Shown here: positions 50,930-64,000 of the stretch, one piece after another
Layout: every line of letters starts with the position of its first letter
Numbering within the stretch: the first letter of the stretch is position 1
Origin: Squalus acanthias
Taxonomy: Eukaryota
Length of the DNA: 64,000 nt
NCBI GenBank assembly: GCA_030390025.1
Contig: CM059432.1
Location: 37,822,001-37,886,000, forward strand
Reading direction: 5' to 3'
The notes under the pieces: model-generated
What the model was told of the DNA's origin: nothing
The model's input: only the letters and a program-made list of their open reading frames with translations
The model's database searches: none
Translations under genes and position numbers: made by a program

Positions 50930-52396
50930 AAGTCTACCATTACCATCAAGCCAGGCGACCAACACTGGTTCAATGAGGAGTGTAGAAGAGCATGCCAGGA
51001 GCAGCACCAGGCGTACCTAAAAATTAGGTGCCAACCTGGGGAAGCTGCAACACAGGACTACATGCATGTTATAGACAGAGCTAAGCAATCCCACAACCAA
51101 CGGATCAGATCAAAGCTCTGCAGTCCTGTCACATCCAGTCGTGAATGGTGGTGGACAATTAAACAACTAACGGGAGGAAGAGGCTCCATGAACATCCCCA
51201 TCCTCAATGATGGTGGAGCCCTGCATGTGAGTGCAAAAGACAAGACTGAAGCGTTCGCAACCATCTTCAGTCAGAGTGCAGAGTGGATGATCCATATCAG
51301 CCTCCTCCCGAGGTCCCCACCATCACAGAAGCCAGTCTTCAGCCAATTCGATTCACTCCACGTGATATCAAGAAACGGCTGCGCGCACTGGATACAGTAA
51401 AGGCTATGGGCCCCGACAACATCCCGGCTGTCATGCTGAAGACTTGTGCTCCAGAACTAGCCGCGCCTCTAGCCAAGCTGTTCCAGTACAGCTACAATAC
51501 TGGCATCTACCCGACAATGTGGAAAACTGCCCAGGTATGTCATGTCCACACAAATCCAATTCGGCCAATTACCACCTCATCAGTCTACTCCCAATCATCA
51601 GCAAAGTGATGGATGGTGTTGTCAGCAGTGTTATCAAGCAGCTCTTACTCACCAATAACCTGCTCACCGATGCTCAGTTTGGGTTCCGCCTGGACCACTC
51701 GGCTCCAGACCTTATTACAGCCTTGGTCCAAATATGGACAAAAGAGCTGAATTCCAGAGGTGAGTTCAGAGTGGTTGCCCTTGACATCAAGGCAGCATTT
51801 GACCATGTGGCATCAAGGAGCCCTAGTAAAACTGAAGTCAATGGGAATCAGGGGGAAAACTCTCCACTGGCTGGAGTCATACCTAGTACAAAGGAAGATG
51901 GTTATGGTGGTTGGAGGCCAATCATCTCTGCCCCAGGAAATCCTGCAGGAGTTCCTCAGGGCAGTGTCCTAAGCCCAACCATCTTCAGCTGTTTCATCAA
52001 TGACCTTCCCTTCATCATAAGGTCACCATTGACCAGAAACTTAACTGGACCAACCACATAAATACTGTGGCTACAAGAGCAGGTCAGAGGTTGGGTATTG
52101 TGCAGCGAGTGTCTCACCTCCTGACTCCCCAAAGCCTTTCCACCATCTACAAGTCAGGAGTGCGATGGAATACTCTCCACTTGCCTGGATGGGTGCAGCT
52201 CCAACAACACTCAAGAAGCTCGACACCATCCTGGACAAAGCAGCCCGTTTGATTGGCACCCCATCCACCACCTTAAACATTCACTCCCTCCACCACCTTA
52301 AACATTCACTCCCTCCACCACCGGCGTACCGTGGCTGCAGTGTGTACCATCTACAAGATGCACTGCAGCAACTTGCCAAGGCTTCTTCGACAGCAC
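50930..52396 (+). mobile_element. Internally deleted copy of the tRNA-headed CR1-clade LINE family
   Basis: Reverse-complement of 41936-43890 segments. 25-bp tandem duplication at ~52264-52320. Confidence 0.9.
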
Positions 52397-55300
52397 AAAA
52401 AGTCACAAGCTTTTCATGAAGTGCACAGTCAATTTCATGTCAGGTCCCTGACCTGAAATAGACGTATTCACTTCATCAGTGGACTTGAACTTGCTGCTTT
52501 CTCGGTTTTGAACAGTACTAATGCTCATCAAGTTATGAAGGCTTTTAGGCACTCATGATATAGTCCAGATCAACTCAAGCGAAGCTGTAGAAAAATTTAA
52601 GGCAGATAATAATAACAGCATCTCAATCAACTAGATTCAGGAAATGGGCTTCAGATTTTTTTTTAAAAAGAGAAAAGGACCAAAATACAGATAGTTTAAG
52701 TTTCTACAACAGAGTGATAGCTAAAAATGCATTAATAGGAACTTATTTGGGGCTTTTAGGTCTAAAGATCTTGCTCAATTGATACCTCCTCTGGGAAACA
52801 AGTATTTAAAAATAAACAGTTCTCAGCCCAAATGCCTAAGTATGCACTGTCAGACTTTGACATACTCCACCACAATCTGGGACTGTATTCTGCATTATGT
52901 ATGTTTATCTCCCTTTAATGATGTAATGGAAAGAAAATGACATGGTAAAGATTGCGAGAAAATGGGTCGGATGCCTGAAACCGTCCATTGAGGAGAATGG
53001 CTTTCATCATTTCAAACAAGGCTCAAAATAGTCAAACGTGAACAGATGGTTTTATAATTAAAAGCGAATATATCAAACCTGAAAATTACTGATATTTTAA
53101 AAGAAACTGAGTTATTCATATATAAACTCTCTTCTGCAAACAGCAATTGATGCTAGATCAATTGTTAATTTTAACTCTGAGATTGATTGATTTTTTAAGC
53201 AAAGGTTAATATGTAGTTAGGTCACAGATCAGCCATGATCTCATTGAATGGCCGAACAGGTTGAGGGGTTAAATGGTCTACTCCTGTTCCTATGTAAAAC
53301 ATCAGTAACAGAAAACACAACTTACAGTGCAGTCATCTACTAAATAGGAGTCTGTTATGCAAGAATCGAGAATTTCAAGACACGCATATTCTGCTAAAAG
53401 TATCAGTACTGCAGATCAACTGCAATAAAAGGTACATTAGTAAAAAGGTGTTAATTTAAGAACACCAATAGATTTTATATTAATCAAACAGTTGCTGTAG
53501 TAGCTAAGTACAGTAAGTTGTAAAAAGAAAAAAAAATCCAAATGCTAGAAATCTGAAATAAAAAAGTTCCAGAAATACACAGGTCAGCCAGAATTCATGT
53601 TCTGACAAAGGGCCTATACCCAATACATTAATCTGTATTTTCTCTCTACAGATGCCAATGGAACAATGTATTTCCAGCATTTTCTGTTTCAATTTTAATT
53701 AAGAAACTTGTGTCAGGTAACCATGTACATCACCTATTCAGAAACAAACTGTTCACTTTAGTGTTGCAGAGTTTTCTCAGTAACTGGGTCACTTTCATTT
53801 GAACTGTCTCACCCCAACAAATAATTTCACATTGATAGTTTGGCAATGCTCAGACTACAGCAGTTACTGATCTTATTCATTTGTTTTATATACACAGTTA
53901 CATTTTAGAATACTATGCAATGAGAGCTTAGTCCCTTGGTCTTGTGATTGCCCTGGGTTAGGTACAATCCTCTCCGCCTACCCCCACCCCCGCAAAAAAA
54001 AATACACTAATATCACGATGCAAACACATGAAAACTCAAAACTGTGGCCTAATCATTGCCGAATACAAATCTGCATCCTCAGGTCTCTGTTCTCCCTGCC
54101 CTACGACGTTTTTCCATTCTGTTTATACTGTAATTGTTCGTTATTCCTCCCAAAATGCATTACATCCCACTTCTCTGAATTAAATTGCATAGAAGAACAA
54201 AATTGGACCCAGCACTCTCCCCTGAGGTACATTATTTCCAACCCCAACCCTTCTCCAATCCAAGCAACATCCATCAATTCCAGCCCTTTATTTCCTGTCT
54301 GTTAACCAACTTTTTGTCCATTTTCTCTTCTACCATAGGCCTGAATTTTTCTAACAAGCCTCCGCTGAGACTTTTCTCAAATGCCTTCTGAAAATCCATA
54401 TACACTACTTACTGTATTCCCTTTATCTATACACTCACTTCTTACAAAAACTCCTAAATTTGTCAAACACAATGTGCCTTTAACATGCTGGCCGCCCTTG
54501 ATTATCCCATGCATCTCTAAAGTGCTCATGAATTTTTCTTTTAATTAAAAGCACCTTATTTTTGAAGAGAGGTGTGAAAGTGGTTTTGTAGTATCTTGGA
54601 AGCACGCCAGCTTTAGATAGCTGTATATTACCATCTCTCTCCCCAGCAATCTAAACATGGCACAGCATCACTACAACACAGCCATTATTATCCTTGAAAA
54701 GTCAATGGAAGCAAACTAGCTAACGAGGAATCACACAAAATCTTTAATAAAAAGATGCAAAACTATAAACACAAATATTTTCAAAGATTCCCATTAAGAG
54801 GTGAGCACAATTTAATATTAATGCAAAATCCTCAGCCAGACCATTTGAGAAATCATAAGATACCAAATGCAGTTTTGACTTGGCTAAAGGCTGTGATCAT
54901 CTGTTGGGTGATTAAAATCATGGTTGATTTAAAAATAATGAATTTAAATTTCTATAGCACCTTACGATGTCCTCAGGAAGTCTCAAAGTACTTCATTACA
55001 AAGAATAGCTTGTAATTGCAGACACTTATGCAGGCAAACATGAGTTAATTTGCACACTGCAAAGATCCCACAGACAGAAAATTAAATTGATACTTTAAAA
55101 AAAAACTTAACAAAAGGAAATTCTGACAAAGGGTCACAGACCTGAAACGTTAACTCTGTTTCTCTCTCCATGGATGCTGCCTGGCCTGCTGAGTGTTTCC
55201 AGCATTTTTTGCTGTTATTTCAGATTTCCGGCATCTGCAGTATTTTGCTATTGCATTAACAAAAGGAAACTCCATCTCAAGTTTTACGAACTATTTCTCT

Positions 55301-55562
55301 TATAAAGCCGACTACAGAATTCTCTTGCAGCTACCTGACACCATTGTGGGAGCACCCTCACCACAAGGACTGCAGCGATTCAAGAAGAATGCCCACTACC
55401 ACCTTCTCAGGGCAACTAGGGAATAAATAGCAGCCTCATCAGCAATGCCCGCATCCCGAAGACAAATACATTACAAAATCATAGCCCTTTTAGCTCTAAA
55501 CCTATCATTTTTAAACTTATTTCTGCAAAAGTAACTGTGATGACTTGTTTTCTTAAGATATT

Positions 55563-57546
55563 GGGCCGGATTTTCCGACCCCCACGGGTGTGTACACACC
55601 CGTAGGGGCCTCGCAAGTGCCGGTTTCAGGCATGCGAAGCACATGCGCTGAAACCGGCACTTCCGATCTGTCAAGAATCCTCCTGACAGATCATCCGCCT
55701 GCCTGGGAAAAGGGCCTCCAGGGGCAGCGAGTTCCGCTTTCTGCAGAACCTCCGCCCACTGAAAACCCTTAAAAATCTTACGCCTGGTAAAAGCAGGCGT
55801 AAGGCCTGCTTGTACCAGCATAAGAGTTTAAAAAAGTAAAAAAATTAAAAAAAAGTTCCACTCATTTATAATTTAAAAATACTTTTTAAAAAGGTAAGTT
55901 TATTTTTAGCCCCGTAAAAAACTTTAATTATTTTTTCAAAAAATTAAATGTTTAAAAATATTTAATTTAATGTAATTTTAACTAATTTTAAATACGTGAT
56001 TTTTAAAAAAAGTATTTAATGTTTAACTGTGCTTTTTAATGCGATCCCCATTCATACTTTTGACAGATATATGCGGAGAGACCTGTCAAAAGTGTGCAGA
56101 GGGATTCCTTTCTTTGATTGGTTCCCCATGGCCCACGTGATTCCAGGGACGCTTGCGAACCGCCTGCGCCCCTGGGATACCTGGGCCTCTGCACGCGCGC
56201 ACCAGGAGGGGCCCAGGATCGGATGTGTCGGGACTTACGGAGCCAGCAGGTAAGTTCGTAGATTTTTCCAGATCGGAGGCATCCGCACGCAGGAAACATA
56301 GAAACATAGAAAATAGGAGCAGGAGTAGGCCATTCGGCCCCTTGAGCCTGCTCCGCCATTCAATGCGATCATGGCTGATCATCCAAATTCAGTACCCTGT
56401 CTCTGCTTTCTCCCCATATCCCTTGATCCCCCCTTAGCCTTAAGAAATATATCTAACCCCTTCTTGAATATATTTAATGAATTGGACTCAACTGTCTTCT
56501 GTGGTAGAGAATTCCACAGGTTCACCACTCTCTGGGTGAAGAAATTCCTCCTCATCTCAGTCCTAAATGGCTTACCCCTTATCCTTAGACTGTGACCCCT
56601 GGTTCTGGACTCCCCGGCTATCGGGAACATCCTTCCTGCATCTAGTCTGTCTAGTCCTGTTAGAATTTTATAAGTTTCAATGAGATCCCCTCTCATTCTT
56701 CTAAACTCTAGCGAATACAAGCCCAATCGACCCAATCTCTCTTCATACGTCATTCCTGCCATCCCAGGTATCAGTCTGGTGAATCTTCGCTGCACTCCCT
56801 CCATGGCAAGAACATCCTTCCTCAGATAAGGCGACCAAAACTGCACACAATACTCAAGGTGTGGTCTCACCAAAGCCCTGTACAACTGCAGCAAGACATC
56901 CTTGCTCCTGTACTCGAATCCTCTCGCTATGAAGGCCAACATACCATTTGCCTTCTTAACCGCCTGCTGCACCTGCATGCTTACCTTCAACGACTGGTGC
57001 ACAAGGACACCCAGGTCTCGTTGCACTTCCCTTTCTCCCAATCTATTGTCGTTCAGATAATAATCTGCCTTCCTGTTTTTGCCACCAAAGTGGATAACCT
57101 CGCATTTATCCACATTATACTGCATCTGCCATGCATCTGCCCAATCACCCAACCTGTCCAAATCATCCTGGAGTTTCTCTGCATCCTCCTCACAGCACAC
57201 ACGCCCACCCAGCTTTGTGTCGTCTGTAAACTTGGAGATATTACATCTAGTTCCCTCGTCTAGATCATTAATATATATTGTGAATAGCTGGGGTCCTAGC
57301 ACCGATCCCTGCGGTACCCCACTAGTCACTGCCTGCCACTTGGAAAAAGACCTGTTTATTCCAACTCTTTGCTTCCTGTCTGCCAACCAGTTCTCTATCA
57401 AAGTCAGTACCTTGCCCCCAATCCCATGTGCTTTAACTTTGCACGCTTATCTCTTATGCGGGACCTTATCGAAAGCCTTCTGAAAGTCCAAATACACCGC
57501 ATCCACTGGTTCTCCCTTATCTATTCTACCTCGGAAAATCCAGCCC
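55563..57546 (+). mobile_element. Hairpin MITE, family A, with a nested CR1 LINE
   Basis: Left TIR gggccggattttccga. Right TIR tcggaaaatccagccc at 57531-57546, beyond the LINE. Confidence 0.8.
56293..57527 (-). mobile_element. Young 5'-truncated CR1-clade LINE
   Basis: 340-aa RT/C-terminal ORF 56379-57401 and a (ctatgttt)n tail. Confidence 0.93.
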
Positions 57547-57554
57547 GTTATTCT

Positions 57555-57960
57555 TTCATAGAATGAGACAGCACAGCAGGAGGCCATTCTTGCCTGTGCC
57601 GGCTCTTTGAAAGAGCTATCCAATTAGTCGCACTCCCCTGCTCTTTCCCCCAAAGCACTGCAAATATTTCCTTTTCAAGAATATATCCAATTCCCTTTTG
57701 AAAGTTACTATTGAATCTGCTTCCACCACCCTTTCAGGCAGTGCATTCCAGATCCTCGTAACTCACTGTGTAAATGTTTTTTTTCTTCTGGTTTACTTGC
57801 CAATTACCTTAAATCTGTGTCCTCTTGTTACCAATCCTTCTGCCACTGGAAACAGTTATTCCTTATTTACTCTATCACAACCATTGATGATTCTGAGCAC
57901 CTCTATCAAATCTCCCCTTAACTTTCTCTGCTCTAAAGGAGAAGAACCCCAGTTTCTCTA
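57555..57960 (-). mobile_element. CR1-clade LINE 3' fragment
   Basis: Same subfamily as 7836-8375. Confidence 0.8.
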
Positions 57961-58494
57961 GCCAAAGAAATTTTCTTCGTAACACATTCAAAATCTTCAG
58001 GTTGATGGAAAGGTTGGTTCATAATCAAACTCGAGTTCTTGAAATTTAAAGGGGTACAGTGGAAGTCCGCACATCGGGGCGTCTTACTCTGTTAAAGGCG
58101 CTTTATAAATGCAAGTTGTTGTTGCTACAGTGACCACTAACAAGCAGCCCAGGTAATCAATATAATCGGCTGGTCTGTTCAATGCTCACTGGCACTTTCA
58201 ACAGCCAATTAAACGCTGCTCAGCTTCGCTTCCCAATACATTGCGACAAGAACGTTAGTATTTTTAATTTTATTCTACTCATTGCACTCAACCCAAAATC
58301 AGAACTCTGACTGTAACAACATGTGGGGCTTAGCGACATATTAAATACAAACAACGCTCCATTCAGAGTGGCAGTTTTCAGTTAAGAGCAATGAATAAAA
58401 CAAAATAAAAGTGCTAACATTCCTTTTAAAGCACCAACAACTCAGGGCATCATGGGGGAAGAGGCTGTGCAATTAATTAGCTGATTACCAGCAA

Positions 58495-60115
58495 GTACGC
58501 AGTGGCCCAGTGACCCAGAGTACGCAGCGGCCCAGAGTACGCAGCGGCCCAGAGTACGCAGCGGCTCAGTGACCCAGAGTACGCAGCGGCCCAGTGACCC
58601 AGAGTACGCAGCGGCCCAGTGACCCAGAGTACGCAGCAGCCCAGTGACCCAGAGTACGCAGCGGCCCAGAGTACGCAGCGGCCCAGAGTACGCAGTAGCC
58701 CAGTGACCCAGAGTACGCAGCGGCCCAGAGTACGCAGTAGCCCAGTGACCCAGAGTACGCAGCGGCCCAGTGACCGAGAGTATGCAGCGGCCCAGTGACC
58801 CAGAGTACGCAGCGGCCCAGTGACCCAGAGTACGCAGCGGCCCAGTGACCCAGAGTACGCAGCGGCCCAGTGACCCAGAGTACGCAGCGGCCCAGTGACC
58901 CAGAGTACGCAGCGGCCCAGTGACCCAGAGTACGCAGCGGCCCAGTGACCCAGAGTACGCAGCGGCCCAGTGACCCAGAGCACGCAGCGGCCCAGTGACC
59001 CAGAGCACGCAGCGGCCCAGTGACCCAGAGCACGCAGCGGCCCAGTGACCCAGAGCACGCAGCGGCCCAGTGACCCAGAGCACGCAGCGGCCCAGTGACC
59101 CAGAGTACGCAGCGGCCCAGTGACCCAGAGTACGCAGCGGCCCAGTGACCCAGAGTACGCAGCGGCCCAGTGACCCAGAGTACGCAGCGGCCCAGTGACC
59201 CAGAGTACGCAGCGGCCCAGTGACCCAGAGTACGCAGCGGCCCAGTGACCCAGAGTACGCAGCGGCCCAGTGACCCAGAGTACGCAGCGGCCCAGTGACC
59301 CAGAGTACGCAGCGGCCCAGTGACCCAGAGTACGCAGCAGCCCAGTGACCCAGAGTACGCAGCAGCCCAGTGACCCAGAGTACGCAGCGGCCCAGTGACC
59401 CAGAGTACGCAGCGGCCCAGTGACCCAGAGTACGCAGCGGCCCAGTGACCCAGAGTACGCAGCGGCCCAGTGGCCCAGAGTACGCAGCGGCCCAGTGACC
59501 CAGAGTACGCAGCGGCCCAGAGTACGCAGCGGCCCAGTGACCCAGAGTACGCAGCGGCCCAGAGTACGCAGCAGCCCAGTGACCCAGAGTACGCAGCAGC
59601 CCAGAGTACGCAGCAGCCCAGTGACCCAGAGTACGCAGCGGCTCAGTGACCCAGAGCACGCAGCGGCCCAGTGACCCAGAGCACGCAGCGGCCCAGTGAC
59701 CCAGAGCACGCAGCGGCCCAGTGACCCAGAGCACGCAGCGGCCCAGTGACCCAGAGCACGCAGCGGCCCAGTGACCCAGAGTACGCAGCGGCCCAGTGAC
59801 CCAGAGTACGCAGCGGCCCAGTGACCCAGAGTACGCAGCGGCCCAGTGACCCAGAGTACGCAGCGGCCCAGTGACCCAGAGTACGCAGCAGCCCAGTGAC
59901 CGAGAGTACGCAGCGGCCCAGTGACCCAGAGAATGCAGCGGCCCAGTGACCCAGAGTACGCAGCGGCCCAGTGACCCAGAGTACGCAGCGGCCCAGTGAC
60001 CCAGAGTACGCAGCAGCCCAGTGACCCAGAGTATGCAGCGGCCCAGTGACCCAGAGTACGCAGCGGCTCAGTGACCCAGAGTACGCAGCGGCTCAGTGAC
60101 CCAGAGTACTCAGCA
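58495..60115. repeat. 25-bp GC-rich minisatellite (CAGAGTACGCAGCGGCCCAGTGACC)n, roughly 65 units, with 17-bp short variants
   Basis: Direct periodicity. Short units lack CAGTGACC. Confidence 0.97.
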
Positions 60116-62721
60116 GCAGTGGGGAACCTTGCCCATCACCAGTGTTTAATTGAAAATCACGGACATGCTGCTTGCAATTCCCCATCCTTTGAAACGGTAA
60201 TATGCCCGTGAGTTTCCGATATGTCAGGGTCTTTGTCGACAACCATGAACAGAAAAATTAGGTTATCGAGTTGTCCTCGGGATCCTTTACAGTTAACCAG
60301 TTAAGGCCGATTAAGAATAATAAAGAGCTTATTATTGTCACAACTCATTCATACACTAAAGGATGGAGATTAACAATGTTACAACTGAACCAATATTCTT
60401 TCAGCAATGAGGAACGGTCACTGAAGTGATTAGTACAACCAAACTGCATTGACCACCAGAAATGATCACAATAGCATAGTATCAAGGTAGGTTGTAGTTT
60501 TGGAAAGCAGATTTTGATCATTGTAAGCACTACTGATCACTACAAGTGGTGAGCAGCACCTACAGGTTTCACTGTATACATTTACGGCTTAACTAATTGA
60601 TCATGTTCCCGAAGCTCTTTTGCACTTTCCCCATGTGAGTGAGAGACAATGAAGTAAATGGGAGGCTATTGAGGACTCTAGAAGACAAGCTAGAGGTCAA
60701 TCCTTAACTGTTTGTTCAAAGCATGAGATCATAATCTGTGGGGAGGCAACAGACCCCAGCCATCAGCATCAGTGACAGGAAACAGCTCGCTGCAGTTCAC
60801 AGATAATGAAGTCAGGACTTTTCAACTTGACATCACCCAAAAAAATACAATATGGCTTCTGCAAACCAATGCCCACAGGCTGAAATAGACATAGTGCGAC
60901 ACGACTTTCCTCACTAATGTCAAGGCAGAGCAAGACAGCGAGCGAGAAAGAAGTGAGCAGGAACTCAAGACAATGACAATTTGGGAATAAACGTAGTGGA
61001 AAGGATACATAACAGGCTACGGCAATACAATATTCTCTCATGGGCTGTACTGCCTTGAGAGCAAGTTGACAGAGACAACAAGAGTACGCTGAAATGAAAC
61101 GAGACTGTCAAAAATATATTTTTTCCTCCCTCTAAAGACACCATGCAGAGGGCATTAGGACCTTAATCTACTGATCATGTGGTGCAGCCCGAGTGAGGTT
61201 GAGACAGGCTCCCTCAATGGACAACGTAGTAAAGAGTGACATAACTAGCCCCCCAAGGAGAACAGAGTAGATATGAAATTAGGGCTGGGATCTGAATTCA
61301 AGCTTAATTAATCACTAGCACTGTGTTTTTTTTCCAAATTGAAAATTTCATTAGATCAGGTTTCTTCTTAGTTCCAGCAACAACAACTTGCCTTTTTTAA
61401 ACAAAAATGCAAAATGCAAAATACTGCAGATTCTGGAAATCTGAAACAAAACCAGAAAACGCTGGAGATACTCAGCAGCTCAGGTAGCATCTGTTGAGAA
61501 AACAGGAGATCGTTGAAACTTTTCCTCAATATATAAAACTCTCTCTCAGAGCATCTGTGCAGAGGGACAAAGAAGCTATGACATCATTATCACGATTGGC
61601 AGCCTAGCCCAGCGCCACAGGTGAGCACAGATGGGGTATGCTGCCAGGCATGCTCTCGAAGCTAGTTTATTTTTAAATTTGGAGAAAAGCCGAAGAAAGA
61701 TAGTTCAAAGAATTGTCTTTTTCCAAACATCAATTAGTTCTTTCAATTTCTTTTTTTTTAAATTATTTTTGCGTGGGATGTGGATGATACTGGAAATGCA
61801 GCATTTACTGCCCATCCCTAGTTGCCCTGAGAAGGTGGTGGTGGGCCATCTCTTTGAACCGCTGGGGTCTTTGTGGCAATAGCGCTCCCAACAACTGTGC
61901 TGGTTAGGGAATTCCACGATATTGACCCACCAGCGATGAAGGAATAGCAATACATGTCCAAGTCAGGATGGTGTGCAACCTGGAGGGGAACTTATAAAGT
62001 GACGATGCTCCCACGGCATTTCTTTTCAAAATGTTAAACACCGCCTGTGGTTTGGTAGCTCTTTGGTTAGAATCTGGATGCATTTTGGCAAAAGTTAACA
62101 GCAACAACTTGCTTTAACGTAGTAAAACGTCCCAAGACACTTTACAGGAGCGTTATTAAACAAAATTTGACACCAAGCCACATAAGGAGATGTTACAGCT
62201 GACCAAAAGCTTGGTTAAAGAGATAGGTTTTAAGGAGCGACTTAAGGAGGAGAGGGAAGTAGAGATGCGGAGAGTTTTAGGGAGGGAATTCCAGAGCTTA
62301 AGGCCTGGAGTGACTAACTTTAGTGAGTTTATTAATGGAACAAGGTGGACAAATCCCAGATTAAATATGTATTTTAAATCATAAAAAGGACCTTCGGTCT
62401 GTCTATAATTATCCTCTATGTAATTAAGTTAATGGGGCAGAACTCGCTCATAGTGTAAAAATTGCACAACCCACAATAATAATTCACTTTCCACATTATT
62501 TGAATAGTTGTATTATAGTGCAGTTGCTACACGTCTGCAATGACTATCTGAATTCCGGCCGCCACCAAAAAGGTAAATTTGTTAAAAATACGTAACACGT
62601 GGAGCCGGGAGGAGTGAGAGTGCTCCTTCTGACCTTCACTGCTGACCCCCGCCCCACTCCGATCATGACCTCCATTTCCTCCGACCGCCCCCACACCACC
62701 CACCCCCCCCCCCCCACCGAT

Positions 62722-62840
62722 CGCCCTGAAATGTTAACTATTTTTCTCTCCACAGATGCTGCCTGACCTGCTGAGTATTTCTAGTATTTTCTGTTTTTAT
62801 TTCAGATTTCCAGCATCCACAGTATTTGGCTTTTGTATTA
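62722..62840. repeat. Dispersed ~100-bp repeat (cacagatgctgcctgacctgctgagt.ttt.cagcatt); copies at ~17010-17060, 53520-53690, 55120-55255, 61410-61500
   Basis: The same motif recurs five times in both orientations. Family not determined; possibly a Penelope-like terminal repeat. Confidence 0.6.
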
Positions 62841-63084
62841 AAAGATTGCTGCATGCTTTAGAACAGGGTTAGTCAAAAGAAATCAGCTGTTTATTATACT
62901 AGATGGTGAAGAGCTTGTTCCAAGGCTGTAACTATGGGATTCAACCAGCATCATAAATCATAAGGTAAGGCAAACAAAAGGATATCGGAACCCTCAGCAT
63001 CATGGTCAAATACTCTCGGACAACTTGCATTTTAATGCAGCGGACACAGCCAGGGCTGTTTTCGTTTTGTTAAAGTGGGAAAGC

Positions 63085-64000
63085 AGCACTGGCTGGAGTC
63101 ATACCTTGCACAAAGGAAGATGGTTGAGGTGGTTGGAGGTCAATCATCTCAGCCCCAGGACATCGCTGCAGGAGTTCCTCAGAGCAGTGTCCTAGGCCCA
63201 ACCATCTTCAGCTGTTTCACCAATGACCTTCCCTCCATCATAAGGTCAGAAGTGGGGATGTTCGCTGATGATTGCACAGTGTTCAGTTCCATTCACAACT
63301 CCTCAGATAATGAAGCAATCCATGGCCGCATGCAGCAAGACCTGGACAACATTCAGGCTTGGGCTGTGTGGAATGTGGCAAGTAACATTCGTGCCACACA
63401 AGTGCCAGGTGCTGACTATCTCCAACAAGAGTCTAACCACTTCCCCCTGACATTCAACGGCATTGCCATCGCTGAATCCCCCACCATCAATATCCTGGGG
63501 GGTTACCACTGACCAGAAACTTAACTGGACCAGCCACATAAATACTGTGACAACAAGAGCAAGTCAGAGGCTGGGTATTCTGCGGCGAGTGTCTCACCTT
63601 CTGACTCCCCAAAGCCTTTCCACCATCTACAAGGCACAAGTAAGGAGTGTGATGGAATACTCTCCACTTGCCTAGATGAGTGCAGCTTCAACAACATTCA
63701 AGAAGCTCAACACCATCCAGGACAAAGCAGCCCGCTTGATTGGCACCCCATCCACCACCTTAAAAATTCACTCCCTCCACTACTGGCGCACTGTGGTTGC
63801 CGTGTGTACCATCTACAAGATGCACTGCAGCAAGTCGCCAAGGCTTCTTCGGCAGCACCTCCCAAACCCGCGACCTCTTCCACCTAGAAGGACAAGGGCA
63901 GCAGGCGCATGGGAACATCACCACCTCCAAGTTCCCCTCCAAGTTACACACCATCCTGACTTAAAAATTTATCGCCGTTCCTTCATTGTCGCTGGGTCAA
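63085..64000 (+). mobile_element. 5'-truncated copy of the tRNA-headed CR1-clade LINE family (runs off the window)
   Basis: WLESYLAQRK..GVPQSSVLGP..MFADDCT motifs. Smaller tail fragments at ~28265-28440, 55330-55465 and 61765-62015. Confidence 0.9.

Noticed and set aside
58442..59734. 410-430 aa ORFs and a CRISPR-like appearance
   Set aside because: Pure tandem repeat with no unique spacers, no cas genes and a eukaryotic context. The ORFs follow from a stop-free unit.

Overview
Eukaryotic, repeat-dense vertebrate DNA. The transposon families (SacSINE1-like DeuSINEs, several CR1-clade LINEs, L2, RTE) point to a cartilaginous fish, probably a shark; this is an inference. Only one host coding exon is recognisable: a 65-nt minus-strand exon (24821-24885) matching the penultimate coding exon of TMEM241/SLC35D4, so the window is probably two very large introns. 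The rest contains CR1-clade LINEs (one with an ~800-codon stop-free RT ORF), a Tigger/pogo DD32D transposon, an RTE, an L2, DeuSINEs, GGCC-ended hairpin MITEs, a 25-bp minisatellite and a purine/pyrimidine-skewed tract, with many nested insertions. The most unusual element is a near full-length LINE (41936-45126, minus). Its 5' end is a tRNA-derived A/B-box head plus a SINE-core-like domain running straight into ORF2 with no ORF1, and its sense strand has no TTTT Pol III terminator over ~3.1 kb. It is a candidate Pol III-transcribed, protein-coding retrotransposon. Family names come from recalled motifs, not database searches. Many repeat boundaries are approximate (+/- tens of bp).
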